Origin: Gammaproteobacteria bacterium
GTDB taxonomy: Bacteria; Pseudomonadota; Gammaproteobacteria; Burkholderiales; Gallionellaceae
Length of the DNA stretch: 64,000 bases
NCBI GenBank assembly: GCA_018820925.1
Contig: JAHJNJ010000017.1
Span: 8,064-72,063, forward strand
Direction: 5' to 3'
The position numbers and the translations under genes were made by a program. Positions 1-11,171 of the stretch are shown here, one piece after another (position 1 is the first letter of the stretch; each line of letters starts with the position of its first letter). The notes below the pieces were generated by a model. The model was not told where the DNA came from, did no database searches, and saw only the letters and a program-made list of their open reading frames with translations.

Positions 1-956
1 TCAGCCCTGCCATATAGATGACACCTCACCCCCTGCCCCTCTGCCACCACCGTCCATTCCGGTGTCTGTTCGTGGCACAGCGCCCAAGCCTTGTCGCAGC
101 GCGGCGCAAAACGACAGCCCTGCGTAATGCTGCCCAGTGGCGGCACGCTACCGGAAATGGCGCACAATGCTTGCCCTGTTCGCTCAGCACTCGGCAGCGC
201 TGCAAACAACTTCTGCGTATACGGATGCAAAGGTTTGCCAAACAACTGCTCGCGGCTGGCCTGTTCGACGATCTGTCCGGCATACATCACGCCGACGCGA
301 TGTGCATTCTCCGCCACCACGCCCAGATCATGCGTAATGAGCAATGTCGCCATGCCCGTTTGCGATTGAGTGTCGCGCAACAGTTGCAACACCTGCGCCT
401 GTATCGTCACATCCAGTGCGGTGGTCGGCTCGTCGGCAATCAGCAGCTTCGGCTTGCCCGCCAATGCCATTGCAATCATCACGCGCTGCTTCATGCCGCC
501 GGAAAGCTGGAACGGATATTCATCAAGGCGACGGGACGCATCGGGGATGCCGACCTGATCCAGCAACTCGATGCAGCGCTCACTCGCTGCGTCTTCCCGC
601 AGGCCACGATGCAGCGCCAATACCTCGGCAATCTGCCCGCCCACCGTCATGACGGGGTTCAGGCTCAACCCCGGCTCCTGGAAAATCATCGCCATCTTGC
701 CGCCGCGCACCTCGCGCATCTCGCGTTCCGGCAAATCGAACAACCTGGCGCCATCCATCCGCGCCTCTCCACCCGCATGCACCACCCCATCCGGCAGCAG
801 CCGCATCAGGGACAGCGCCGTCATGGACTTGCCGCAACCCGATTCGCCGAGCAACGCAAAAGTTTCGCCTGCGGCAATTTCGAACGAAATGTCATCGACG
901 ATATTTGCGCCGTTGCGCAGACAAGCAACCAGATTTTTTACGGAAAGCAGACTCAA
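1..956 (-). CDS. Dipeptide/oligopeptide ABC transporter ATP-binding protein (runs off the window edge)
   Basis: Manual translation from TTG at 956: MSLLSVKNLVACLR...LLGESGCGKSMTALSLMRLLP (Walker A); VRCHLY motif near position 10-30; start overlaps the permease stop; no stop before base 1. Not in the ORF track. Confidence 0.9.
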   Translation of the reverse strand, partial: MSLLSVKNLVACLRNGANIVDDISFEIAAGETFALLGESGCGKSMTALSLMRLLPDGVVHAGGEARMDGARLFDLPEREMREVRGGKMAMIFQEPGLSLNPVMTVGGQIAEVLALHRGLREDAASERCIELLDQVGIPDASRRLDEYPFQLSGGMKQRVMIAMALAGKPKLLIADEPTTALDVTIQAQVLQLLRDTQSQTGMATLLITHDLGVVAENAHRVGVMYAGQIVEQASREQLFGKPLHPYTQKLFAALPSAERTGQALCAISGSVPPLGSITQGCRFAPRCDKAWALCHEQTPEWTVVAEGQGVRCHLYGRA

Positions 957-2320
957 ACGCCGACCTCCGTCCGGTTCAGGCGCGGATCGAAAGCATCGCG
1001 CACCGCATCGGCAAACAGGTTCGCCGCCAGCACCAGCACCAGCATGAAGCCGAAAGCCGAGGCCAGCGCCCACCACACCATCGGCTCGCGTCCCATTTCC
1101 AGCCTGGCGCCGTTGATCATGGTGCCGAAGCTGATCATGGTCGGATCGACACCCACGCCGACATAAGACAACACCGCCTCCGCCAGCACCAGCGCGGAAA
1201 AATCCATCACCAGCGAGATCAGCACGATGTGCATCACGTTGGGCATGATATGGCGCGTCAGGATGCGCAGGCCGGATACGCCGAACGATTGCGCGGCCTG
1301 GATGTACTCCATCTCGCGCAGCTTCAGCGTCTCGCCGCGCAACAGACGGCACAAACCGGTCCAGCTTGTCACCCCGAGAATCAGGCACAGGAATACCAGC
1401 CGCAAGTCGGCGCGCGAAGCCGTGGTAGCGAACCATTCCGGATGCGTATCGATGGTCACCTGCATCATCAGCACCGCCGCCGCAATCAGCAACACGCTGG
1501 GGATGGAGCTCAGCACGGTATAGATATACTGGATGGCATCGTCCACCCAGCCGCGAAAATAGCCCGCCGCGACGCCGAGAAACAAGGCCAGCGGCAGCGT
1601 CACCAGCGTCGTCACCGTACCGATGATGAGTCCGGTGCGGATGCTCTTCAACGAGAGATACAGCACATCCTGCCCCACCTTGTCGGTGCCGAGCACGTGG
1701 TAGACAGCGGCAAGACTGATGATCGCACCGATGAGGGTGGTGAGGATCATGGTGACGACGGAGACCGCCCGGTCGCATCCGGAAGCGCAGTGCAACTTCC
1801 TGTGCGTAAGATAGAACGACAACAGCCCGACAAATAACCCCAATCCGGCGCCAATCAACGCGCGGACCACCACATCCGCATCGCGCCTGGACACATCCTC
1901 CAGATGCGCCCCGCCGTATTGCAGTCGCGGGAACTCGCGCAGCACATTGCCTTGCGCGTCGGTGCGCGTCTCCCTGGCATACAAGGTCAACGCGAACGGT
2001 GCGGAATAAGTCTTTTCGGTATGCGTGCGCAACGGGTCGACAAGCTTGTCGAACACGCTCAGCACTTCCGGCGAATACACTTTCTCGCCACCATTCGATT
2101 GCGGCAACACACTGCGAAAGTGCAGCGTATCCAGCAGGCCGACCAGAAGGAATAGCGACAACACCAGCAGCGAAACCATCGCCAGGCTGTTATGCGTCAC
2201 GCGCCGCCACGGCAGCAGCAAGTGCTCGTGGCGCCGCACGTACCAGACCGCCACGCCCGTCACCGCAATCAGCAGGAACACCAGCGCATCGCTCCAAAGA
2301 ATGACCGGCATGAAACTCAT
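953..2320 (-). CDS. Peptide ABC transporter permease (DppC/OppC-like)
   Basis: LGTDKVGQDV, EAA-loop region (EYIQAAQSFG...HIMPN), C-terminal DAFDPR. Confidence 0.92.
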   Translation of the reverse strand: MSFMPVILWSDALVFLLIAVTGVAVWYVRRHEHLLLPWRRVTHNSLAMVSLLVLSLFLLVGLLDTLHFRSVLPQSNGGEKVYSPEVLSVFDKLVDPLRTHTEKTYSAPFALTLYARETRTDAQGNVLREFPRLQYGGAHLEDVSRRDADVVVRALIGAGLGLFVGLLSFYLTHRKLHCASGCDRAVSVVTMILTTLIGAIISLAAVYHVLGTDKVGQDVLYLSLKSIRTGLIIGTVTTLVTLPLALFLGVAAGYFRGWVDDAIQYIYTVLSSIPSVLLIAAAVLMMQVTIDTHPEWFATTASRADLRLVFLCLILGVTSWTGLCRLLRGETLKLREMEYIQAAQSFGVSGLRILTRHIMPNVMHIVLISLVMDFSALVLAEAVLSYVGVGVDPTMISFGTMINGARLEMGREPMVWWALASAFGFMLVLVLAANLFADAVRDAFDPRLNRTEVGV

Positions 2321-3294
2321 GCCAGCCTCACGCGTGGATCGACAACTGTGTACGAGAGATCGGTCAATATCAGGCCGACGATGTAAAGCACCGACCCCAG
2401 AAACACCATGGCGCGCACGATGCTGAAATCCTGCGCATTGATGGCATCGATAGTGTAGCTGCCCAGGCCGGGAATGCCGAAGAACGACTCGGTGAGCAGG
2501 CTGCCCAGGAACAGCAGCGGTATCACCACCACCACGCCGGTCAGGATGGGAATCATCGCGTTCTTCAGTACATGCGTAAACAGCACGCGCAGCTCGGATA
2601 AACCCTTGGCGCGTGCCGTGCGCACATAGTCCTTGCCGATTTCCTCGAGGAAGATGGTGCGATACCAGCGGCTGCTGGAACCGACCCCGCCCATCACCCC
2701 GATAACAATGGGCAACACCACAAATTTGAAGCTATCCAGACCGCCCGCATAGCCGGAGATGGGCACCAGATGCCACAACTTGCTCACCAGGAACTGTCCG
2801 CCGATGATGTAAAACAAAGTGGAGATGGACATCAACACGACACACAAGGCCACGCCTGCCACATCCAGCACTGTGGCGCGGAACAGCGTCATCAATAACG
2901 CAAAGCTGACATATACCAGCAGACCAACGAAAAAAGTCGGCAGCGCAATCGACAGGCTGGGCCCCATGCGCGTGACGATTTCGCGGCTGATACTGCGCCC
3001 GTCGTCCGAGTAACCGAAATCGAACACGAACATGCTGGCGGACTTCTGCCAGAAAATGGTGTCGGTCAGTTTATCCTTGCCGCTTGCAGTGCTATTGATC
3101 AGCAACGGCTTGTCATACCCATGCTGCTGCTTCCATTTGCTGATGGATTCCGGCGTGACACGCTTGATGCCGAGCTGCATGCGCGCCATATCGTCCGGTG
3201 TATTCACCACAAAGAACAGCGCGAAGGTGAGCAGGTTCACCCCGATCAGAATGGGTACGGCATAAAGGATGCGGCGGAATAGGTAGGCAATCAT
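2317..3294 (-). CDS. Peptide ABC transporter permease (DppB/OppB-like)
   Basis: Start MIAYLFRRIL at 3294; DYVRTARAKGL, HVLKNA, VVDPRVRL; 4-bp overlap with next permease. Confidence 0.92.
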   Translation of the reverse strand: MIAYLFRRILYAVPILIGVNLLTFALFFVVNTPDDMARMQLGIKRVTPESISKWKQQHGYDKPLLINSTASGKDKLTDTIFWQKSASMFVFDFGYSDDGRSISREIVTRMGPSLSIALPTFFVGLLVYVSFALLMTLFRATVLDVAGVALCVVLMSISTLFYIIGGQFLVSKLWHLVPISGYAGGLDSFKFVVLPIVIGVMGGVGSSSRWYRTIFLEEIGKDYVRTARAKGLSELRVLFTHVLKNAMIPILTGVVVVIPLLFLGSLLTESFFGIPGLGSYTIDAINAQDFSIVRAMVFLGSVLYIVGLILTDLSYTVVDPRVRLA

Positions 3295-3437
3295 GAGTGC
3301 CGCTATTGTAAGGCAAACGCCGGATTGCCAAACACCGGGCTGAAGCAGAGAATGGAATCGCGAAAAAAGCGGAAACTTTGCCAGAACAACCCCGGTCGTA
3401 TTTTCATGATGCATAAACCAACAAAAAGGAGAACGCC

Positions 3438-4076
3438 ATGAAAATCGGAATCCTTGGATCAGGAGATGTAGCAAAAGCCTTGGCAGGCGGTTTTCTCAAG
3501 CATGGTCATGACGTTACGCTGGGCACACGCACGGCAGACAAGCTGGCCGACTGGATTGCAAAAAACCCCAAGGCCCGCGTAGCCAATTTTGCCGATACCG
3601 CCCGCTTTGCCGAACTGGTGGTTCTGGCAGTCAAAGGGACGGCGGCGGCTGAAGTGCTGCGCATGGCCGGCGCTGCCAATATTTCCGGCAAGCCGGTCAT
3701 CGACGCCACCAACCCCATTGCGGACGCGCCCCCCGTCAACGGCGTATCGAAGTACTTCACCACACTTGAGGACTCGCAAATGGAACGCCTGCAGCGCGAA
3801 TTCCCGGCCGCGCGCTTCGTCAAAGCTTTCAATTCCGTCGGCAATGCCTTTATGGTCAATCCGCAGTTCAAGGGCGGCAAGCCGACCATGTTCATCTGCG
3901 GCAACGACGCGGCGGCCAAAAAGATCGTGAGCGGAATCCTCGACCAGTTCGGCTGGGAAACGGCCGACATGGGCATGGTCGAGGCAGCGCGCGCCATCGA
4001 GCCGTTGTGCATCCTGTGGTGCATACCCGGCTTCCTGCGCAACGACTGGGCGCATGCCTTTAAACTGTTGGCCTGA
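3438..4076 (+). CDS. F420-dependent NADP oxidoreductase-like (Rossmann) protein
   Basis: MKIGILGSGDVA dinucleotide-binding motif, VIDATNP, FVKAFN; AGGAG RBS. Confidence 0.85.
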   Translation: MKIGILGSGDVAKALAGGFLKHGHDVTLGTRTADKLADWIAKNPKARVANFADTARFAELVVLAVKGTAAAEVLRMAGAANISGKPVIDATNPIADAPPVNGVSKYFTTLEDSQMERLQREFPAARFVKAFNSVGNAFMVNPQFKGGKPTMFICGNDAAAKKIVSGILDQFGWETADMGMVEAARAIEPLCILWCIPGFLRNDWAHAFKLLA

Positions 4077-4106
4077 GTCAAACCGCGCAATGACAAGGAG
4101 AACACC

Positions 4107-4742
4107 ATGCAAATAGAGGTCTGGTCGGATGTGATTTGCCCTTGGTGCTACATCGGCAAGCGGCGGCTGGAAATGGCATTGGCGAAGTTTCCGCACTGGG
4201 AAAGTGTGCACGTAGTCTGGCGCAGCTTCGAACTTGATCCTGAATCGCCGCTTCAGCCACCGGGTACCCTGGAAGAGTTATTGGCGAAAAAATACGGTGT
4301 CAGCAGAGAGGAAGCGGCCGCGATGAATGCACGCGTCACCGAAGCTGCCAAACAAGTCGGGCTGGAATACCGCCTGGCCGACGCACACCCCGGCAACACC
4401 TTCGACGCGCACCGCCTGCTGCATTTCGCCGCATCGAAACAACTGGACGACGGCGCTTCGGAGCGCCTCATGCACGCCTATTTTTCGGAATCGCTTGCGG
4501 TCAGCGATCATGCCGCACTGGCCCGCCTCGCCCCGGACTTCGGCATTTCCGAAGAAGAGGCGCTGGCGGTGCTTAATAGCAACGCCTATTCCGGAGAAGT
4601 GCGGGCGGATGAAGCGCGCGCGGCGAGCTTTGGCATCACTTCCGTGCCGAGCTTCGTCATTGATGAAAATATCGGCATTTCCGGTGCGCAGCCGGTCGAG
4701 GCGTTTGCCAAAGCAATACAGCAAGCATGGGACGAATCGTAA
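4107..4742 (+). CDS. DsbA-family oxidoreductase (FrnE-like)
   Basis: WSDVICPWCYIGKRRL CxxC motif; ITSVPSF cis-Pro loop; GAQP. Confidence 0.9.
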   Translation: MQIEVWSDVICPWCYIGKRRLEMALAKFPHWESVHVVWRSFELDPESPLQPPGTLEELLAKKYGVSREEAAAMNARVTEAAKQVGLEYRLADAHPGNTFDAHRLLHFAASKQLDDGASERLMHAYFSESLAVSDHAALARLAPDFGISEEEALAVLNSNAYSGEVRADEARAASFGITSVPSFVIDENIGISGAQPVEAFAKAIQQAWDES

Positions 4743-4752
4743 ACTGCGCGAG

Positions 4753-6873
4753 CTATCGCGCCTCTTCCCGCTTCCGCAACGCCCGCCACATCCACAATCC
4801 AAACAGTAACACTCCCCCCACGCCCAGCCACAACGGCCAGCGCACCGGCTGGTTCCACTCGCGACGCAGCCGGTCGCGCAATGTGGGGTCCACGCGCCAG
4901 TACTTGAGCTTGTTGTTGGCCATGATGTTGGGTTTGATGTTGTGCAGCCACTGATGCTGCAGCACGTAGTTCTTGGGGTGGTAGCCCCATAGCCAGGGCG
5001 AATCGCGGCGCAGTATTTCCAGCATCCGGTCGATGATCGCCTGCCGCTCCGGACTGTTGTCCATGTTCTTCATCTGCTCGAACAGGCGGTCGAATTCCGG
5101 ATTTTCGTAGTTGGACGCATTTTCGCCGCCCTTGCTCGCCTTGGCCTGGGGGCCGTTCAGCAGAAACAGGAAATTCTCCGGGTCGGGATAGTCGGCGTTC
5201 CATCCGAAATAATACATTTGCGTATCGCCGCGCCTGAGCTTGTCCTGGAAACGGTTGTAGTCGGTACTGCGCACATCAAGCTGCACGCCGATCTTGTCGA
5301 ACTGTTTGCGTATCCAGTCCAGCCGCGACTTGTTGCCAACGCCGCCGGCAGTGGTGTCAAGGTGAATCACCAGCGGCTGTCTGGTCCTGGCATCCACACC
5401 GCCCGGGTAGCCCGCTTCGGCGAGCAGGCGCCGGGCCTCAGCAATGGGTTTGCGTTCCGGCTTCCCTTTCACGCAATCGTACACGTAGGTATTGATGCCG
5501 GCACACCCTTCGCGGTAACCGAAAATGCCCGGCGGGATGGGGGACTGCGCAACGATCCCGCGCCCGTTGGCAAAGATGGAAATGAACTCCTCGAAGTCCA
5601 CCGCAATGGCAATGGCACGGCGCAACTTGCGCGTTCTTTCAGATGATCCGCCCACCACCGGATCCAGCCAGTTAAAACCGGTATAGAAAGTGGAAGTGGA
5701 AACGGAGGTAGAAAGCGTGATGCCCTGCGCCTTCATCACGTCGCTGACATTGGCTTCGCCGTTCACACTCACCTGCACCGCCTGATCAAAGCTGTCCGAA
5801 CTGATGCCGGAAGCATCGTAATAACCCTGCAGGAATTTGTTCCAGTACGGGATGGTTTCTTTTTCCAGCGAGAATACGATCCGGTCGATCAGGGGCAGCG
5901 GCTTACCCGCATCAGACAACAACCCTGCCTGTGCATCGCCCTGCCCGCCTTCGCCGGGATAGTTTTCGCTGTCGTAATAGGGATTGCGCGCGAGCACCAT
6001 GCGCCGGTTCGGCTCGTTCTCGGACAGGTAATACGGCCCGCTGCCCACCGGCCACCAGTCCAGCGATAGGTTGCGTTCGCGCATGCCGGGTTGCGCATAG
6101 AAACGCTCCACCTCCTGCGGCATGGGCGAGAAGAACGGCATCGCCAGCCAGTAGGCGAATTGCGGATATTTGCCGTGAATGGTGATGCGATAGGTCGTGC
6201 CATTCACCACTTCGACGCCGGGCAACGGGTACCGATTCAAATCGAGAAAATCGTCCGGATGCGCCTTGGCCGCGTCCTGCAGCGTGGCGGCATATTCCTT
6301 GAGGCCGACGATATATTCGCTCATCACGCCTGCGATCGGCGTGTGCAACTGCGGGTGCACAAGACGCTTGATCTGGTAAACGTAATCCGCTGCCGTAACC
6401 GTGCGTGTGCCGGTTTCTGGAAAATCATTCAACCCGTAAACACCGCGCAGACCGCCGGGCTTGAGCATGTCATTTCCCGGCACAAAAGCCGGATGCGGCT
6501 GGTAACGCATGTTCGGTTTGAGGTGTATCTCATAGACACTGAAGGCAATACGCCCGGGCGCAGCCTTCTCCGGCAATAGCCGATGCTGCTGGTCCAGATA
6601 CATCACCCTGGGCATTTCACTGGCCGCCAGCGGAACAAGTTGATACGGGCGCTTCAGATAGTGGTATTGCAACGGCGGCGAATAGATCAGCGCGAGAAAT
6701 TCATATTCATTCTCGGAATACGCCTGGGCCGGATCCAGGTGCTTGGGGCGCTCGGTAAAAGCCGTGTAGAGAATGGACTTGCCTTCATCCGCCGCGGGAT
6801 AAGGATCGTTCCACAGCCCGCCATCGCAGGCAGTAAGCGACAAAAATGTTAAGGCAAGCAGCAGTGCTTTCAT
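4753..6873 (-). CDS. Peptide ABC transporter substrate-binding lipoprotein (family 5) with C-terminal hydrophobic segment
   Basis: Lipobox LTAC after MKALL; PVGSGPY, GWNADYPDPENF; C-terminal WLGVGGVLLFGLWMWRALRKR. Confidence 0.88.
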   Translation of the reverse strand: MKALLLALTFLSLTACDGGLWNDPYPAADEGKSILYTAFTERPKHLDPAQAYSENEYEFLALIYSPPLQYHYLKRPYQLVPLAASEMPRVMYLDQQHRLLPEKAAPGRIAFSVYEIHLKPNMRYQPHPAFVPGNDMLKPGGLRGVYGLNDFPETGTRTVTAADYVYQIKRLVHPQLHTPIAGVMSEYIVGLKEYAATLQDAAKAHPDDFLDLNRYPLPGVEVVNGTTYRITIHGKYPQFAYWLAMPFFSPMPQEVERFYAQPGMRERNLSLDWWPVGSGPYYLSENEPNRRMVLARNPYYDSENYPGEGGQGDAQAGLLSDAGKPLPLIDRIVFSLEKETIPYWNKFLQGYYDASGISSDSFDQAVQVSVNGEANVSDVMKAQGITLSTSVSTSTFYTGFNWLDPVVGGSSERTRKLRRAIAIAVDFEEFISIFANGRGIVAQSPIPPGIFGYREGCAGINTYVYDCVKGKPERKPIAEARRLLAEAGYPGGVDARTRQPLVIHLDTTAGGVGNKSRLDWIRKQFDKIGVQLDVRSTDYNRFQDKLRRGDTQMYYFGWNADYPDPENFLFLLNGPQAKASKGGENASNYENPEFDRLFEQMKNMDNSPERQAIIDRMLEILRRDSPWLWGYHPKNYVLQHQWLHNIKPNIMANNKLKYWRVDPTLRDRLRREWNQPVRWPLWLGVGGVLLFGLWMWRALRKREEAR

Positions 6874-6942
6874 GGCGCAAGAGTTTAGCCGAAACCATCC
6901 GCTTCGCGGTAAGATTGCATACATTCAGGGATGGGCAAAAAA

Positions 6943-7974
6943 ATGAACCAGGATTGGCAAAACTTCCTCGCAGCGCAAGGCGCGCAAATACAGGATGGTA
7001 CCGTGCAGCATTTCGGCGATGCGGTCGCAGAGCATACTGCCACGCGCGACGGCACCGTGTTGTGCGACCTGTCGCAGTTCGGCGTGATCAAGGTTTCCGG
7101 CGAAGAAGCGCAGGGTTTCCTGCACAACCTGTTCAGCAGCGATGTCAATGCGCTCACACCGCAACAGGCGTTGCCCAGCAGTTTCAACACGGCCAAGGGG
7201 CGCGCATTGGCGACCTTCATGATCTGGCGCACTCCGGACGAATTCTTCCTGCATCTGCCGCAAAGCCTGCTCGCGACTATCCAGAAGAAACTCACGATGT
7301 ATGTATTGCGCGCCAAGGTCAAGATCGAAAATGCCAGCGACAGCATCGTCTGTCTCGGCCTGGCGGGTGCGGATGCAGCCGCACTGCTGCAACAGCAATT
7401 CCCGACACTGCCGCAAAATCCGCTCGACGCCGTGCAGCACGACGACACCGGACTCATCTGCCTCGGAGCGGACCGCTTCCAGATCAACACCTCTCCGCAA
7501 CACGCCCCCGCCCTGTGGCAGAAACTCAGTACCGAAGCGCGCCCAGCCGGGTCGCCCTGCTGGGACTGGCTCAACATCCGTGCCGGCATCCCCGTCATCC
7601 TGCCGCAGACACAGGAACAGTTCGTGCCGCAAATGGTAAATCTCGAACTCATCGGTGCGGTGAATTTCAAGAAGGGTTGCTATCCGGGACAAGAGATCGT
7701 GGCGCGCATGCAATACCTCGGCAAAAACAAACGCCGCATGTACCTCGCGCAAGTCTATGCAGAAGCAGCGCCGCAACCGGGTGCCGAGCTGTTCAGCATG
7801 GAAACGGAAGGCCAGGCCTGCGGCATGGTGGTCAATGCACAACATTCGCCAGACGGCGGCTACGACCTGCTGGCCGTGGTGCAGATCGCCAGCCACGACG
7901 CCTTCCCGGTGCATCTCGGCGCGCTGACCGGCCCGCGCCTGCAATTCCATCCTTTACCCTACCCGATGCCGTGA
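6943..7974 (+). CDS. ygfZ: Folate-binding Fe-S cluster/tRNA-modifying protein YgfZ
   Basis: KKGCYPGQEIVAR signature; GcvT-like N-terminus. Confidence 0.93.
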   Translation: MNQDWQNFLAAQGAQIQDGTVQHFGDAVAEHTATRDGTVLCDLSQFGVIKVSGEEAQGFLHNLFSSDVNALTPQQALPSSFNTAKGRALATFMIWRTPDEFFLHLPQSLLATIQKKLTMYVLRAKVKIENASDSIVCLGLAGADAAALLQQQFPTLPQNPLDAVQHDDTGLICLGADRFQINTSPQHAPALWQKLSTEARPAGSPCWDWLNIRAGIPVILPQTQEQFVPQMVNLELIGAVNFKKGCYPGQEIVARMQYLGKNKRRMYLAQVYAEAAPQPGAELFSMETEGQACGMVVNAQHSPDGGYDLLAVVQIASHDAFPVHLGALTGPRLQFHPLPYPMP

Positions 7975-8639
7975 ACCTGCCACCCCAACTTTTCACGAAC
8001 GACTGGTTGTGGCTGGCCGACTTTGTCTTTGCCATCGTTCTGTATCAGGCAGCGGCTCGAGCACCGTGGCGCGCATTATTGAAAAATGGCGCCATGGTGA
8101 ACGCACTGGCAGGGCTGACCATCGGTGTATTTTTCTTCTGGCAAATGAATGTGGGCCTTCGTCCCGGCATCAATTTCCACATCCTGGGCTCCACCCTGTT
8201 CATGCTGATGTTTGGCTCGCACATTGCCACCGTTGCCATTTCGCTGGTCATGCTCGCCACCTGGCTGCGCACGGATATATCCCTGATCACGCTCGGCCTC
8301 AACGGCCTGTTGATGATCGCCCTGCCCGTGAAATTCAGCGAATGGCTGCTGCAGTTCAGCAAACGCAACCTGCCGAAAAATCTTTTCTTGTTCGTGTTGT
8401 GGAACGGCTTTGCCTGCGGTGCGATCTCCATCATACTGAACGTGGCCGCGACTTCCATACTGCTACTGCTGGTGACCCACTACACCTGGCCGCAGATACA
8501 ACACCATTACCTCGTCGCCTCCAGCGTCATTGTGGTCTCTGAAGCCTTTACCACCGGCATGTTGATCACCGCTTTCACGGTATTTCAACCGCAGGCAGTC
8601 ATGCACTTCAGTGACGAAGAATATTTGAACGGGAAGTAA
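7971..8639 (+). CDS. ECF-type S-component-like (CbiM-family) membrane protein
   Basis: GTG start overlapping ygfZ stop (GTGA); about 6 hydrophobic helices; GINFHILGSTL motif. Confidence 0.72.
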   Translation: MNLPPQLFTNDWLWLADFVFAIVLYQAAARAPWRALLKNGAMVNALAGLTIGVFFFWQMNVGLRPGINFHILGSTLFMLMFGSHIATVAISLVMLATWLRTDISLITLGLNGLLMIALPVKFSEWLLQFSKRNLPKNLFLFVLWNGFACGAISIILNVAATSILLLLVTHYTWPQIQHHYLVASSVIVVSEAFTTGMLITAFTVFQPQAVMHFSDEEYLNGK

Positions 8640-8641
8640 AT

Positions 8642-9079
8642 TCAGGGGGGAGAAAATTTCAATTTCATCTTCTTGTGCGGCATTCCGGCATCCATGAATT
8701 CCTTGCCGTGCTCGACAAAACCGAAGTTGTGGTAGAACGGTATCGCGAAAGTTTGCGCATCGATATCGACTTGTTTGTAGCCGCGCGAACGTGCCTCTTC
8801 CAGTAGTGCCTCCATAATTGCCGTGCCCACCTTCTGCTTGCGCCATTGCGGCAGCACCGCCATGCGGCCGATATGCCCGTTCGGCAATATGCGCCCGCAG
8901 CCGATGGCATCGCCATTCAGGCTCAAGACCAGCGCGTGACGGCTCCCCTCATCCTGTCCATCCCACTCCAATTCTTCGGGAACATTCTGCTCGCGGATGA
9001 ACACCGCCTCGCGTATGGCTCGCAGCAAAGGCTCGCCGTCGTGCCAGCTCACCAGACTGACTGTGAAAGGTGTAGACAT
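8642..9079 (-). CDS. GNAT N-acetyltransferase (ElaA/YjcF-like)
   Basis: IREAVFIREQ, IGRMAVLPQWRKQKVG acetyl-CoA motif, FMDAGMPH. Confidence 0.88.
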   Translation of the reverse strand: MSTPFTVSLVSWHDGEPLLRAIREAVFIREQNVPEELEWDGQDEGSRHALVLSLNGDAIGCGRILPNGHIGRMAVLPQWRKQKVGTAIMEALLEEARSRGYKQVDIDAQTFAIPFYHNFGFVEHGKEFMDAGMPHKKMKLKFSPP

Positions 9080-9152
9080 AGCTCACTCCTTTACTCCCTC
9101 TTTTTCGCCTTGCGGTGAAAAGGGAAGAAACATTGTTATTCTTCGTACTGCC

Positions 9153-10252
<1,100 letters not shown>

Positions 10253-10286
10253 TCAGAATGCCAGCGCTCAATTCCGTTATACACAC

Positions 10287-10961
10287 ATGCAGCAACAAAC
10301 CACCGGCAGGCCCGAAAGAAGAGCGCACGCACGCGACCAGACGCTTGGCGAAGAAATCGCCAATAGCATCAGCCATAGCGTCGGATTGGGGGCGGCCATT
10401 GTCGGCACGCCGCTGCTCATCGTGAATGCGGTACAACACGGCGGAATAGGCTATCTGGTCGGCAGCGCCATCTTTTCCGCCACCATGATCGTGCTATACC
10501 TGTCTTCGGCGCTTTACCATTCTTTCCGTCCCGGCAGACTCAAGCACATCTTCCGCATCATCGACCACTCGGCGGTGTACCTGCTCATCGCAGGCACCTA
10601 CACCCCCTTCACCCTGGGCGTGCTGTACGGGGCATGGGGCTGGACGCTGCTGGTACTGATCTGGGTATTGGCGCTGACCGGCGTGGCGCTCAAGGTACTG
10701 CGGCGCATGACCCACCCCATCATCTCCACCATCCTGTACCTGCTGATGGGATGGCTCATCATCGTCGCGATAGACCCGCTCTACCAACGCCTGCCCGCAG
10801 CGGGCCTGGCCTGGCTGGTGGCCGGAGGACTGGCCTACACGCTGGGCACCATCTTCTTCGTCGCCGATTCGCGCCTGCGCTATGGACACTTCATCTGGCA
10901 CTGGTTCGTGCTGGCGGGCACCACCTGCCATTATTTTGCGGTGTATTGGTACGCGGCTTAA
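10287..10961 (+). CDS. Hemolysin III family (PAQR) membrane protein
   Basis: EEIANSISH, SALYH, DHSAVYLLIAGTYTPF, HFIWHWFVLAG...H. Confidence 0.9.
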   Translation: MQQQTTGRPERRAHARDQTLGEEIANSISHSVGLGAAIVGTPLLIVNAVQHGGIGYLVGSAIFSATMIVLYLSSALYHSFRPGRLKHIFRIIDHSAVYLLIAGTYTPFTLGVLYGAWGWTLLVLIWVLALTGVALKVLRRMTHPIISTILYLLMGWLIIVAIDPLYQRLPAAGLAWLVAGGLAYTLGTIFFVADSRLRYGHFIWHWFVLAGTTCHYFAVYWYAA

Positions 10962-10962
10962 T

Positions 10963-11165
10963 GGGAGCGCCGACGTCTCATCGGCTTATTCAAACAATCA
11001 TGCCGACGAGGACGTCGGCGTTCCCGGAAACCGGCCTGGTAGGGTGGGCACGGCAGATGGTGGTTTTGTAGGTGCGAATTTATTCGCACGCCCACCGAAT
11101 ATTGGGCGAATGAATTCGCCCCTACATCCCCCAATGGGAGCGCCGACGAGGACGTCGGCGCTCCC
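10963..11165. repeat. Mixed REP cluster (GGGAGCGCCGACG...GTCGGC family x3, truncated GTAGGGTGGGCAC, GTAGGTGCGAA doublet)
   Basis: Palindromes at 10963-10985, 11002-11025, 11135-11165; inverted GTAG pair 11068-11124; lies between convergent genes. Confidence 0.75.
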
Positions 11166-11171
11166 GTGCTC

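Noticed and set aside
18-1837. Long plus-strand ORFs 18-1166 and 905-1837; similar shadow ORFs at 39059-41410, 41603-43273, 12178-13602, 34550-35659
   Set aside because: Antisense shadows of well-supported genes in GC-rich DNA, with no recognisable motifs.
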